A DNA stretch of 64,000 nucleotides, taken from contig CAAGKK010000016.1 of assembly GCA_900770385.1 (NCBI GenBank), forward strand, positions 12,221 through 76,220, read 5' to 3'. The DNA comes from Clostridia bacterium (lineage in GTDB: Bacteria; Bacillota; Clostridia; TANB77; CAG-508). The notes under the pieces were generated by a model. The model did not search any database, was not told the DNA's origin, and saw only the letters and a program-made list of their open reading frames with translations. Shown one piece after another: positions 45,434 through 55,793 of this stretch. The translations under genes and the position numbers were made by a program. The first letter of the stretch is position 1; each line of letters starts with the position of its first letter.

Positions 45434-46777
45434 ATGTCAAAAGTGTTTGTTCTACGCACACATGCATTACTTTCTTCTCGGACAAGTACTTTGAAATTTG
45501 GAGATGACAACGAGATTGTCATACCAATCGGAGTATTGGAAGAATTAAAAAATGTGCAAGAAGGATCATTTGAAAAAAAGCGGATTGCTAGGGAATTACT
45601 AGAATATATCAATAGTTTTCCTGCTTTAAAGCTAATATCTGAAAGTGGAGTTGAACAGAAAAATGGTAGCATACTAAGAGTATGTAACCAATACAAAGGT
45701 ACAGCTATACATTTTGAAGATTTGGGAAAATCAGGAAATGAAACACTTGATATCTGCGTTGGCATTAGAGATCAAGAAAAGAAAGATGTAGTCTTGGTAA
45801 CAAACAATCCAGTGTTACAGTTCAGGGCTAGAATGCAATCAATAAGGGCCGAAAACTTTAAGGATGAAATATTTCCTAAATTAAAAGATCAGTATACTGG
45901 AAGAGGTAAAATTTTTGTATCTAAAAGTGATATTGATTCATTTTATGAAAATGGATTTATCAGATATGCAGAAATTGCTGAATATAATCAAGAAGATTTT
46001 GTACCAAACAAATTCTTTATTATAACAGATAGTATTAATTCAGCTTTGGGAGTTTGCAAGGAAGATAAAATTGTAAAACTTAAATATCAAGATAAATATC
46101 CATATGGAATAACACCCAAGAATGTAGGTCAAAAGTTTATGCTTGAAGCACTACAAGACGAAGATTGCCCACTAATTATTATTAAAGGCAGTGCAGGAAC
46201 TGGCAAAACATTTTGCGCTTTGGCAGCAGGATTAGAGAATACTTTTAATAATAACAAGTATTCAAGAATTCTTGTTACACGATCTGTAACAGCAAGTGAG
46301 CAATACGGATTTTTACCAGGAGACATTGAAGAAAAGTTATCTCCATACTTGGCAGGAATAAAAGATAATTTGTCAATATTGTGTAATGCTGATAAAAAAT
46401 CAAGAGATTTTAAAACTTCAGAAAAAGACGCAATAGAAAGAGGAGAATACTTCTTCGAAAAAGGTATTGTGCAAATACAGGCAATAGGATTTTTAAGAGG
46501 TCGTTCTATAGTTGATACTTATTTTATTATAGATGAGACTCAAAATATTGAGCCGGCTACAATAAAATCAATAGTAACAAGAGCGGCAGAAGGTTCAAAA
46601 TTTATATTTTTAGGTGATCCGACACAAATAGATAACCAAAATTTAACTGAAAGATTAAATGGATTAGTATATCTTTCAGAAAAAATGAAAGGAAATCATT
46701 TGTGTGCGCAAGTTACATTACTTGAAAATGAATCAGTAAGAAGTGAACTTGCAAAAGAAGCAGCAAAAATCTTGTAA
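45434..46777 (+). CDS. PIN-domain + PhoH-like ATPase (YlaK-like)
   Basis: N-terminal PIN-like region. Walker A GSAGTGKTFCALAAG. IIDETQN Walker B-like. GDPTQID. Confidence 0.85.
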   Translation: MSKVFVLRTHALLSSRTSTLKFGDDNEIVIPIGVLEELKNVQEGSFEKKRIARELLEYINSFPALKLISESGVEQKNGSILRVCNQYKGTAIHFEDLGKSGNETLDICVGIRDQEKKDVVLVTNNPVLQFRARMQSIRAENFKDEIFPKLKDQYTGRGKIFVSKSDIDSFYENGFIRYAEIAEYNQEDFVPNKFFIITDSINSALGVCKEDKIVKLKYQDKYPYGITPKNVGQKFMLEALQDEDCPLIIIKGSAGTGKTFCALAAGLENTFNNNKYSRILVTRSVTASEQYGFLPGDIEEKLSPYLAGIKDNLSILCNADKKSRDFKTSEKDAIERGEYFFEKGIVQIQAIGFLRGRSIVDTYFIIDETQNIEPATIKSIVTRAAEGSKFIFLGDPTQIDNQNLTERLNGLVYLSEKMKGNHLCAQVTLLENESVRSELAKEAAKIL

Positions 46778-46782
46778 AAAGC

Positions 46783-46816
46783 AAGCAACCATCATGTGTT
46801 TCATGATGGTTGCTTT
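46783..46816. terminator. bidirectional rho-independent terminator
   Basis: aagcaaccatcatg-tgttt-catgatggttgctt is a 14-bp stem. Confidence 0.8.
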
Positions 46817-46824
46817 ACTATATT

Positions 46825-47088
46825 TTAATGTAAATTATTGCATAATATAACAATAATGAAAGTTATATAAATAAACGCAAATAAGGAAAGACCAACTATT
46901 CCTGTAATAAGACCAGCTTTTCCTAATTTACTTCCTGTTTGTTTATTTGCTTTTATTCCAAAAACAATACCTAATATTCCTGTAGGTAAGCTAATATACC
47001 AAAATAAAGCAGATATAATTGATATAATTCCTAAAGTCAAAGCAGCAACACCTTTACATGTAGTTTTTTTTGTTTCTATTTCACTCAT
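46825..47088 (-). CDS. DUF4190-type small membrane protein
   Basis: 87 aa. The TM pattern GIISIISALFWYISLPTGILGIVFGIKANKQ is typical of DUF4190. Confidence 0.55.
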   Translation of the reverse strand: MSEIETKKTTCKGVAALTLGIISIISALFWYISLPTGILGIVFGIKANKQTGSKLGKAGLITGIVGLSLFAFIYITFIIVILCNNLH

Positions 47089-47158
47089 AATAAAATCCTC
47101 CTATTCTAAATCTAATACACTATTACATATCCTCATAAAGTGGAACTATAGATGATTT

Positions 47159-49201
47159 TTATTTATTATTATTTTTAGTTTCTTTTTCTCTTAACTTTAA
47201 TTCACTTAATTGTTTTAAGTTATCTAAAGAGTTTACTTTTATCATATCTTCTGAAATTGTGTATAAATTGTTACCAATATATGCACCTCTTAATAATCTA
47301 GTATTATTATAAGAAGAATATCTTGATGATGTACCTTCATGTACTACTTTGCCTTTTAAAGTAATGCCATCCTTTAAGTTTATGTTATAAACTAAATATC
47401 CTTCAGATAAATATTGTTTACCATAGCTTGTATAAGAGTTTACAATAGAAGAATATGAATCAGATGAATTTGTTATTTCAAAATCTTCTGCATAGTTATT
47501 AACTGGAATAGCTAATAATTCTTTTTCTTTAGAGAATAATAATGCTTTATGATTTGTTAATATAGCAGATGTTGTTCTGCTATCTCCGATAACTGTACTA
47601 GAAATTTGTGTTGGATTATTTGGGTCAGAAACATCAAACAATGCCATTTTCATTCCAACTATTCTAGATGAGGTAAAAGTTACTCTTCCAAAACTATTTC
47701 TATTTACAGTTTCTTTTGTTTCCATACCAATACCAATAATATGGTTTTCATCGTAAGGATGTAAATATGTACTGTATCCTGGAATTTTTAATTCTCCTAA
47801 TACTTTTGGAGTAGTAGGTTCTGATAAATCTATTACATATAAAGGATCTACTGTTCTGTAAGTTACTAAATATGCTTTATTTCCAAAGAATCTTGAAGAA
47901 TACATATTTTCACCTTTAGCTAGATATGAAGTTTGTCCTATTTTTTCTAAATTATCATTAAATACTACAACTTTAGAACCATTTGTGTTATATAATGCAA
48001 CTCTTAAATTTCCATTATACTCATCTAATGAAAATTGATTTATAGTTTTTCCGGTTTCTTTTGCTTTTGCACTATATTTTATAGAACCATTATCTAAAAT
48101 ATTGAATTTATATATAGTTGTTGAAGTATCGCTATCTGATGAAGAACTAGAATAATCTGAAAGTCCTAAAATACCTTTAAATCCAAATATTGCTGAAAGT
48201 GGAGTGTAATCATTAGAATATTTATAACTTTGGTTTAATAAGTAAATATTATTTTGTGATACATAAGCATTACTAATATCTATTAAATAAGATTGTAAAT
48301 TAATATTTTCAGTAGGGTTGTCTAAATCTAGAGTTGAAATCAAAGTTTGATTATTTGTTTTAATATCTTTTAAATATTTAATATCCTTTAGTTTAATATC
48401 AATTTTGTTATTATCTTCATAATAATATGTAGCAATGTCATCTTTATTGTTATCATCTTTTCTAAGTTTTCCTGAAGAAATAACATATAATTTGTTATTT
48501 ATACATCTTGATGTATAATATGGTTCATATAAAGTATATGTTTTTACTCTTTTAGGAGTAGTCTTATCTTGAATATCATATACATCTACAATTGTATTAT
48601 TTGTGTTATTATATCTATAAGAATTAGCAGAGATATAATAATCAGAAATAATTACAAGTTTATTATTGTATAACATTAAATCTACAGGTGTTCCCTGAGA
48701 AACAGTTATTTTAGAAGCTACCCTAATATTTTCTGGATCTTCAGAATTTGTGATTATAACATCATTATCTGAAAGAGAATAAAGATATTTACCATCATTT
48801 TTTATTATATCTGCTTCATCCACATTTTCTACTTGTATATTAGTAGTAGAATAGTCATTTGATGAGAAAGACTTTGTTGATTCAGCATCTGCAGAATTTG
48901 TAGTAGCATCTATTGTTAAACCATCTTTAATAGAAGATGGTGCAGATGATATAGTACCTTTGGCTATACCAGATGATGATGTATAAGCTGATGAAAATAA
49001 TGAGGTTGGCATTCCTAATACATATAATAAACCATTAAAAGAATTAGTTGATTCTCCTTTATAAATTTTACTTAATTGAGATTTTGATTTTATAGATTTT
49101 AGTTGTGTTTTAGAATCTATTTTATAAATAACACAGCCTATAACTGTAATAAATATAAGTAGGATCGCTAAAACAATTACAATCGTTTTGCGTTTTTTCA
49201 A
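47159..49201 (-). CDS. secreted beta-propeller domain protein (PF09826-like)
   Basis: N-terminal anchor. The motif YSTTNIQVENVDEADIIKNDGKYLYSL is characteristic of this family. 680 aa. Confidence 0.65.
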   Translation of the reverse strand: MKKRKTIVIVLAILLIFITVIGCVIYKIDSKTQLKSIKSKSQLSKIYKGESTNSFNGLLYVLGMPTSLFSSAYTSSSGIAKGTISSAPSSIKDGLTIDATTNSADAESTKSFSSNDYSTTNIQVENVDEADIIKNDGKYLYSLSDNDVIITNSEDPENIRVASKITVSQGTPVDLMLYNNKLVIISDYYISANSYRYNNTNNTIVDVYDIQDKTTPKRVKTYTLYEPYYTSRCINNKLYVISSGKLRKDDNNKDDIATYYYEDNNKIDIKLKDIKYLKDIKTNNQTLISTLDLDNPTENINLQSYLIDISNAYVSQNNIYLLNQSYKYSNDYTPLSAIFGFKGILGLSDYSSSSSDSDTSTTIYKFNILDNGSIKYSAKAKETGKTINQFSLDEYNGNLRVALYNTNGSKVVVFNDNLEKIGQTSYLAKGENMYSSRFFGNKAYLVTYRTVDPLYVIDLSEPTTPKVLGELKIPGYSTYLHPYDENHIIGIGMETKETVNRNSFGRVTFTSSRIVGMKMALFDVSDPNNPTQISSTVIGDSRTTSAILTNHKALLFSKEKELLAIPVNNYAEDFEITNSSDSYSSIVNSYTSYGKQYLSEGYLVYNINLKDGITLKGKVVHEGTSSRYSSYNNTRLLRGAYIGNNLYTISEDMIKVNSLDNLKQLSELKLREKETKNNNK

Positions 49202-49288
49202 AAAAATTCCTCCTTTTACTTAAATTCTAATTAAATTTTAACATAGTGAAAAATTAAAAGCAATAAATTTATATTATTCATTTCGTTT

Positions 49289-49318
49289 TTACGGGCGGAA
49301 CTCTGTGTCCGCCCGTAA
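49289..49318. repeat. solo REP-like hairpin 3 nt downstream of the glmS stop
   Basis: ttacgggcggaactctgtgtccgcccgtaa, preceded by attattcatttcg arm remnants. Confidence 0.75.
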
Positions 49319-49320
49319 AC

Positions 49321-51141
49321 TTATTCAACTGTAACTGATTTTGCCAAATTTCTTGGTTTATCAACATCTAAATTTCTTTTTTTAGCAATGTAGTAAGAAA
49401 GCAATTGTAGAGGAATAACAGAAAGTATGGGACTTAAATATTTATCTATTTCTGGAATTGATATTATATAATCAAAATCTTTATTTAACTTTTGATTAGT
49501 AATAATAATTGTTTTTGCACCTCTAGATATAACCTCTTGAACATTACTTATAGATTTTTCTAAAAGTTTTTTGTCTGTAATTATACTTATTACAGGAAAA
49601 CCATTTTCTATTAAAGCAATAGGTCCATGCTTTAATTCACCACCTGCATAAGCTTCTGAATGTATATAAGATATTTCTTTTAATTTTAAAGAGCCTTCCA
49701 TTGCAACAGGGTAATCAATTCCTCTTCCAATAAAGAATAAATCTTTTACATTATAAATATCTTCTGCAAGGTTTTTTATGTTTTGACAATTTTTTAAGGT
49801 TTCTTCAACTTTATTTGGCAATAAAAGTATTTGTTTCTTTAAATCATCTATAATAATATCATCTGCACTTTTCAATATTTGAGCAATATATAATGCAATT
49901 ATGTTCAATAAAACAACTTGAGCTGTATAAGCTTTTGTAGAAGCAACAGCAATTTCTGGACCTGCATGTGTGTATATATATAAATCTGCTTCTCTAGTAA
50001 TAGAGCTACCTATTACATTTGATAAAGCAAGTGTTGTTGCACCTTTTTCTTTTGCCAATTTTAATGCCTGGATAGTATCAGCTGTTTCACCTGATTGACT
50101 AATAAAAATAGCAAGAGTATTTTTATTTACTAAAGGATTTCTGTATCTAAATTCTGAAGCCATGTCTACTTCTACAGGTATTTTACATAGATTCTCGAAA
50201 ATAGGTTTTACAGCTAACCCTGCATGCATTGCAGTTCCACAAGCAACAATAAATATTTTATTTATATTAGATAAAAAGTCTTTAGATAAAGTTATATTAT
50301 CTAATTCTATTTGTTCTTTGTTTAATTTAAATCCTATAGTTTCTCTTATAGAAACCACTTGTTCATTTATTTCTTTTAGCATAAAATCTTCATAACCATT
50401 TTTCTCGATAGAAGAAGAATCCCAAGAAATTTTTTCTATTTTTTTAGTTATTGCATTTAAATCTTTATCATAAAAATTTAATTTATTTGAAAAAACTTCA
50501 ACAATTTCATTATCTTCTAAAAGATAAAAGTTTTTAGTATAACTTAAGATTGCTGGGATATCAGAAGCAATATAATTACTATCTTCAGATGTTCCAATTA
50601 CTAAAGGACTATCTTTTTTTGCTACAACAATTCTATCTGGATAATCTTCACATAAGACTTCTATTGCATAACTTCCTTCTAAATCCTTGCAAGTAAGGCT
50701 AATAGATTTTAGAAGGTCATTTCCAGAAGTATAATAGTAGCTAATTAAGTTTGGTATAACTTCTGTATCAGTTTCAGAAATAAATTTATAACCATTATCC
50801 ATCAAAAATTTTTTTATATCACTATAATTTTCAATAATACCATTATGAACTACACTAAATTTGTGTGTACTATCAAGATGAGGATGTGAATTTATTTGGC
50901 TTGGCTTACCGTGAGTTGCCCATCGAGTATGAGCAATACCAATATTAGATGTATAATTTTTATCCTCAAGTAAATTTACTAAATTTTTTACTCTTCCTTT
51001 GTCTTTTGTAACTATAATCTTTGAATTTTCTATTGTAGAAATTCCAGCAGAATCATAGCCTCTGTATTCTAGTCTTGTTAATCCGTCTAATAATATAGGT
51101 ACAGCTTTTTGCGTTCCTATATATCCTACTATTCCGCACAT
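49321..51141 (-). CDS. glmS: glutamine--fructose-6-phosphate aminotransferase
   Basis: MCGIVGYIG N-terminal nucleophile. Two SIS domains. C-terminus KSVTVE. 606 aa. Confidence 0.92.
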   Translation of the reverse strand: MCGIVGYIGTQKAVPILLDGLTRLEYRGYDSAGISTIENSKIIVTKDKGRVKNLVNLLEDKNYTSNIGIAHTRWATHGKPSQINSHPHLDSTHKFSVVHNGIIENYSDIKKFLMDNGYKFISETDTEVIPNLISYYYTSGNDLLKSISLTCKDLEGSYAIEVLCEDYPDRIVVAKKDSPLVIGTSEDSNYIASDIPAILSYTKNFYLLEDNEIVEVFSNKLNFYDKDLNAITKKIEKISWDSSSIEKNGYEDFMLKEINEQVVSIRETIGFKLNKEQIELDNITLSKDFLSNINKIFIVACGTAMHAGLAVKPIFENLCKIPVEVDMASEFRYRNPLVNKNTLAIFISQSGETADTIQALKLAKEKGATTLALSNVIGSSITREADLYIYTHAGPEIAVASTKAYTAQVVLLNIIALYIAQILKSADDIIIDDLKKQILLLPNKVEETLKNCQNIKNLAEDIYNVKDLFFIGRGIDYPVAMEGSLKLKEISYIHSEAYAGGELKHGPIALIENGFPVISIITDKKLLEKSISNVQEVISRGAKTIIITNQKLNKDFDYIISIPEIDKYLSPILSVIPLQLLSYYIAKKRNLDVDKPRNLAKSVTVE

Positions 51142-51171
51142 ATTAATTTAAACCTCCATTTTAAAAATTAA

Positions 51172-51316
51172 AGGCGTACTACACAATAATAATTTTGTTT
51201 TAGTATTGCTACTAGTTTTTGTATATTATTTAATGACAGTAGTAATGCCATAAAGCTATCCGCCGAATATTTCGATAAGCTTTATCCTCGTTAGGCATAT
51301 TGCCCCTGGCGCTAAA
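51172..51316 (-). ncRNA. glmS ribozyme (GlcN6P-dependent self-cleaving riboswitch)
   Basis: The minus strand reads A/GCGCCAGGGGCAAUAUGCCUAACGAGGAUAAAGCUUAUCGAAAUAUUCGGCGGAUAGCUUUAUGG... This matches the conserved AGCGCCAG...GACGAGG...UCGAA...CGGCGGAU core. It lies directly upstream of glmS. The 3' boundary is approximate. Confidence 0.85.
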
Positions 51317-51449
51317 ATAAAACTCCTTTCTAAAAATTTGCCTTTGATTTATTATATTATAAGAAAAACAAATTTGGCAACATTATATATTTATTTTTGT
51401 TAAATTATATGTTATAAATAAATTATAAAATATTCAGGGGAGAAAACAA

Positions 51450-53645
51450 ATGAAGAAAAATAAGATATTATTAATATTATTAGCTTTTATAATTATGATA
51501 TTGTTATCATCAAAAGTAGAAGCAAATAGCGGCACATATTCTATAGATGAACTAAATATGGATGTAATACTTCAAAAAGATGGTAGCTTAAAAATAAATG
51601 AAAGGCTTACATATAAATTTAATGGATCTTTTAATGGTATTTATATTACAATACCATATGGGATAAATGATAATAAATATGATAAAATAAGAGCACAAAC
51701 ATCATTAATAAATGATAGCTTTTATAATGCTGTATCTTATAAAATAGATAGTGTATATGTAGGAAACAATAAGTATCAACAAGCATATTCTGCAGTAAAT
51801 GGAGAAAGAGGAGTATACACAATAGAAAATGATTATTCAAAGAAAATAGATAAAATAAAAGTGTATTCACCTACATCAAAGGCTATAAAGACCTTTACTA
51901 TATCTTATACACTGAATAATCTTGCAGTAAAACATAATGATATAGGGGAGATATATTATAACTTCATTGGTGGAGATTGGGATAAATCAATAAAGAAGGT
52001 TAATATTAACATTAACTTACCAAATAATTCTAGTAGAGACAACTTATACGCATTTGCACATGGACCTAGTAATGGAGTTGTTAAAATAGAAGATAAAAAT
52101 AATATAAACTTATATGCAGAAAATGTTGGAAAGAAAAATTATATTGCAGGAAGAATATTATTTGACAAGTCTAACATACCAAACAGTAATAAAGTTAGTA
52201 ATAAAACAGCTTTAGATTCTATAATGCAAGAAGAAAAAGCAATTTATAAGGAAGTTAATAAAAAATACGAGTTTAATAATAAATTATTAATATTTGCAAT
52301 AGTATTGCTAGTGTACTGGCTAATATTAATGCTTATATTTGAAAGGGATAGAAAATATACAGTTGGAAGCAATGATGAAGAAATGTTCGAAAAATATAAT
52401 CCATTAATTGCAGGATGTTTACAAGGAAATAGAAATGTATTACCTAGAGATATTATTGCAGTAATATTAGACTTAATTAATAAGAAATACTTAAATTTAC
52501 GAATAGAACCACATGTAGAAAAAGAAGATTCAATATTAGAAAAAGTTAAATATGGAAAAGAAAAAAGAAAGTATGATTATTATATATCTATAAACAAAGA
52601 ATCAGACTATAAACCTGACGAAATAGAAACATACATACTAGATTGGGTAATGATAAAAACAAATTTAAACTTAATTGATAGGCTAGAAGAAATACCAAAA
52701 ACAGAAATTGCATCACAAAAATTTGAAAAGTTAGATGAAAAAGCAATGGAAGAATTAAATCAATTAGGAGCCAATAAAGCAACGGTACCATGGATTATTA
52801 AAGCACTAAATAATGTAATATTTGTGATTGGAATAGTTTTAAGTTTAATTAATATAAAAAATGCAATATCAATTGTAAATGAAGGTTTTTTACCAATTAT
52901 AATATATTTTTTAATGATAGCAGCACCAGCACTTTTATTTTTAATGATTATACCAATAAAAATATATTACTATACTAAAAAATCTGTAAATAAACTGGTA
53001 CAAAAAATTAATGGCCAAAAAATAACAATTACTACAATAAGTATAATTTTAATATTTACTTTTATAATGGTTATTACAATGATTTTTAGTAAAAATCAAA
53101 TAGCATTAGTAACAGAATTACTTATAGGAGTCTCAACACTAATAATTCTAACAGATAATTTAATGACGAAAAATGATCCAATAATAACAGAAGATTATAG
53201 TAGATTAAATGCTTTGAAATATAAAATTGAAAACTATTCTATGATGCAAGATAAAGATGTAAATCAAGTTGTTTTGTGGGAAAAATATTTAGCTTATGCT
53301 GTATCTTTTGGAATTGCAAATAAAATTTCAAAGTATATTAAACCTATGCTTGAAAATGAAAATATTAGTTCCATGATTAATGACAATATAATGTCACAAT
53401 ATATTTTTAATGATTATGATTATTTTATAATGAATGTAAAATCAATATCAGAATTAAGAACAAATGATATGATTAGTAATATTAATGATGCAATGGGAAG
53501 TTTCTCAGGAGGAGACGGTGGACGGTGGCAGTTTCTCTGGCGGTGGAGGCTTTTCAGGCGGTGGTGGTGCCGGCCGGCGGTGGTGGCGCCTTCTAAAAGA
53601 AATGGCATTTGTCATTTCTTTTTTTTATTAAATATGATACAATAA
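51450..53645 (+). CDS. DUF2207-family membrane protein; C-terminal Gly-rich tail out of frame
   Basis: Signal peptide. N-terminal block YSIDELNMDVILQKDGSLKINERLTYKFNGSFNGIY is typical of DUF2207. Multiple TM helices. The last 40 codons of the ORF (RWQFLWRWRLFRRWW...) look like a GGN repeat read in the wrong frame. Confidence 0.7.
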   Translation: MKKNKILLILLAFIIMILLSSKVEANSGTYSIDELNMDVILQKDGSLKINERLTYKFNGSFNGIYITIPYGINDNKYDKIRAQTSLINDSFYNAVSYKIDSVYVGNNKYQQAYSAVNGERGVYTIENDYSKKIDKIKVYSPTSKAIKTFTISYTLNNLAVKHNDIGEIYYNFIGGDWDKSIKKVNININLPNNSSRDNLYAFAHGPSNGVVKIEDKNNINLYAENVGKKNYIAGRILFDKSNIPNSNKVSNKTALDSIMQEEKAIYKEVNKKYEFNNKLLIFAIVLLVYWLILMLIFERDRKYTVGSNDEEMFEKYNPLIAGCLQGNRNVLPRDIIAVILDLINKKYLNLRIEPHVEKEDSILEKVKYGKEKRKYDYYISINKESDYKPDEIETYILDWVMIKTNLNLIDRLEEIPKTEIASQKFEKLDEKAMEELNQLGANKATVPWIIKALNNVIFVIGIVLSLINIKNAISIVNEGFLPIIIYFLMIAAPALLFLMIIPIKIYYYTKKSVNKLVQKINGQKITITTISIILIFTFIMVITMIFSKNQIALVTELLIGVSTLIILTDNLMTKNDPIITEDYSRLNALKYKIENYSMMQDKDVNQVVLWEKYLAYAVSFGIANKISKYIKPMLENENISSMINDNIMSQYIFNDYDYFIMNVKSISELRTNDMISNINDAMGSFSGGDGGRWQFLWRWRLFRRWWCRPAVVAPSKRNGICHFFFLLNMIQ

Positions 53646-53659
53646 ATTTGGTGAAGAAA

Positions 53660-55444
53660 ATGTTTGATATTGAAGCAGAGATAAAAAAACTTCCTAATAA
53701 ACCTGGTGTGTATATAATGCACGATAAAGATGATAAAATAATTTATGTAGGAAAAGCGATATCTCTAAAAAATAGAGTAAAACAATATTTTAGAAAAAAT
53801 AATAAAACAGCAAGAATAGAAAAAATGGTTTCTTTAATAGATCATTTTGAGTATATTGTTGTTGATAATGAAGCAGAAGCATTAATTTTAGAGTGCAATT
53901 TAATAAAGAAAAATAGACCTAAATTTAATGTTCTTTTAAAAGATGATAAAACATACCCATATATAAAAATTGATTTAAAATCCGATTATCCAAATGTTTC
54001 AATAACTAGAAAAATTCAAAATGATGGAAATAAATATTTTGGACCTTATGCTAATCCTGGTAGTGCAAAAGAAATGGTAGATTTTATAAAACAGAAATTT
54101 AAAATTAGACAATGCAAAAATTTTAAATCAAACAAGAGAGTATGCTTAAATTACCATATAGGAAGATGTTTAGGTCCATGTGTTAATAATGTTTCTAAAG
54201 AAGAATATAGAAAACAAATAGATGAAATAATAGATTTATTAGATGGAAAGATTAATAAAATTACTAAAAAACTAAAACAAGAAATAGAAGAAACGGCAAC
54301 TAAACAAGAATATGAAAAAGCAGCATATTTAAGAGACAAAATGATTGCAATAGAAAATATTTCACAAAAACAAAAAGTATCTAATATAAATGAAAATTCT
54401 ATTGATGTAATTGGAATAGCTAAAAACGAAACAGGCACAGTGTGTATAGAAATGTTCTTTGTAAGGCAAAGCAAAATGATAGGAAGAAAAAATTATTTAT
54501 ATAATAATTTAGAAGACACAGATACAAAAGAGATTTTAACAGAATTTGTAAAACAATATTATATAAAAAATGAAAATGTTCCAAGTAAAATCATGATTAG
54601 TGAAGAAATATTAGACAAAGATATTTTAGAAAAAATACTTTCAGAAGATGCAAACAGAAAAATAGAAATAAGGCATCCTCAAAAAGGAGAAAAACTAAGA
54701 TTTATTGAAATGGCTGTAAATAATGCTAAAGTCACATTAGAAAACAAAACTAATAATAAGTACAATATTTTAAATGAATTAAAAGAACTATTAAATCTAG
54801 AAAAACTACCAAGAAAAATTGAATGCTATGATATTTCTAATTTATCAGGAACAAATATGGTAGCAGGAATGTGTGTACTATTAGATGGAGCAATAAACAA
54901 AAAATTATCAAGAAGGTTTAAAATAAAAACAATATACGCACAAGATGATCCAGCATGTATGAATGAAGTTATAACTAGAAGGCTAAAACATTCATTAGAA
55001 AATAATAAAAGTGGTTTTGGAAGATTACCAGATGTTATATTTGTAGATGGTGGTATAACACAAATAAAGGCTGCTAAAGAAGCAATAAAAAAATACAATT
55101 TAAATATACCTGTGTATGGTATGGTAAAAAATGATAAACATACAACTAGAGCATTAATAAATGAAAAAAGAGAAGAGTATAATTTATCAGAAGAATTAAT
55201 GAATTTAATAACAAGATTTCAAGATACTGTTCATGATACAGCAATAGAATATCATAGAAAACTAAGAGATAAAGATATAACAAAATCAAAATTAGATGAT
55301 GTACATGGTATAGGTAAAGTGAAAAAACAAGAATTATTAAAAAAATTTGGAGGAATAAAACAGATAAAAGAAGCATCAATAGAGGATTTAACGAAAATTA
55401 AAGGAATAAATCAAGAATTAGCAGAAAAACTAAAGAATATGTAA
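53660..55444 (+). CDS. uvrC: excinuclease ABC subunit C
   Basis: GIY-YIG block PGVYIMHDKDDKIIYVGKA. UvrBC domain. C-terminal (HhH)2. Start moved to ATG 53660 (MFDIEAEIKKLP). Confidence 0.9.
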   Translation: MFDIEAEIKKLPNKPGVYIMHDKDDKIIYVGKAISLKNRVKQYFRKNNKTARIEKMVSLIDHFEYIVVDNEAEALILECNLIKKNRPKFNVLLKDDKTYPYIKIDLKSDYPNVSITRKIQNDGNKYFGPYANPGSAKEMVDFIKQKFKIRQCKNFKSNKRVCLNYHIGRCLGPCVNNVSKEEYRKQIDEIIDLLDGKINKITKKLKQEIEETATKQEYEKAAYLRDKMIAIENISQKQKVSNINENSIDVIGIAKNETGTVCIEMFFVRQSKMIGRKNYLYNNLEDTDTKEILTEFVKQYYIKNENVPSKIMISEEILDKDILEKILSEDANRKIEIRHPQKGEKLRFIEMAVNNAKVTLENKTNNKYNILNELKELLNLEKLPRKIECYDISNLSGTNMVAGMCVLLDGAINKKLSRRFKIKTIYAQDDPACMNEVITRRLKHSLENNKSGFGRLPDVIFVDGGITQIKAAKEAIKKYNLNIPVYGMVKNDKHTTRALINEKREEYNLSEELMNLITRFQDTVHDTAIEYHRKLRDKDITKSKLDDVHGIGKVKKQELLKKFGGIKQIKEASIEDLTKIKGINQELAEKLKNM

Positions 55445-55523
55445 AAAAACAAAGTACGATTATTGTAATAAAAGTTCTACCAATGAGTATATTTATATTA
55501 TAAATATATTTAGGAGGAAGTTT

Positions 55524-55718
55524 ATGGATATTACAAAAGAAGGTTACATATTATCAAGAAATATAATTAAAATTACAAGAAGAAAAAATACAATAGGAGA
55601 ATTTATAAAAAAGAACAAAATTACAATTAGCGTTATTTCGTTTTTTAGTATATTAATATTGATAGAAGGAATATTAATAAGTAAATTTATAGAATTATTG
55701 CTTGATTTAAGCATATAA
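55524..55718 (+). CDS. hypothetical small membrane protein
   Basis: RBS taggagg. 64 aa with one TM helix. Confidence 0.4.
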   Translation: MDITKEGYILSRNIIKITRRKNTIGEFIKKNKITISVISFFSILILIEGILISKFIELLLDLSI

Positions 55719-55793
55719 AACTGGAAAAAATAAAAAAAATATGTTAAAATATAAAGGTATTGTATAGAAAGGAGATATACATGCCTTTTTTGC

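Noticed and set aside
45415-45765. ORF 45415..45765(-)
   Set aside because: It is antisense to the 5' part of the PIN-PhoH gene, which has strong motif support.
53609-53659. Upstream start (53609) for uvrC, and the Trp/Arg-rich DUF2207 tail as a real peptide
   Set aside because: The UvrC homology begins at MFDIEAEIKK (ATG 53660, preceded by ggtgaag). The W/R-rich sequence is what a GGN glycine repeat encodes when read out of frame.
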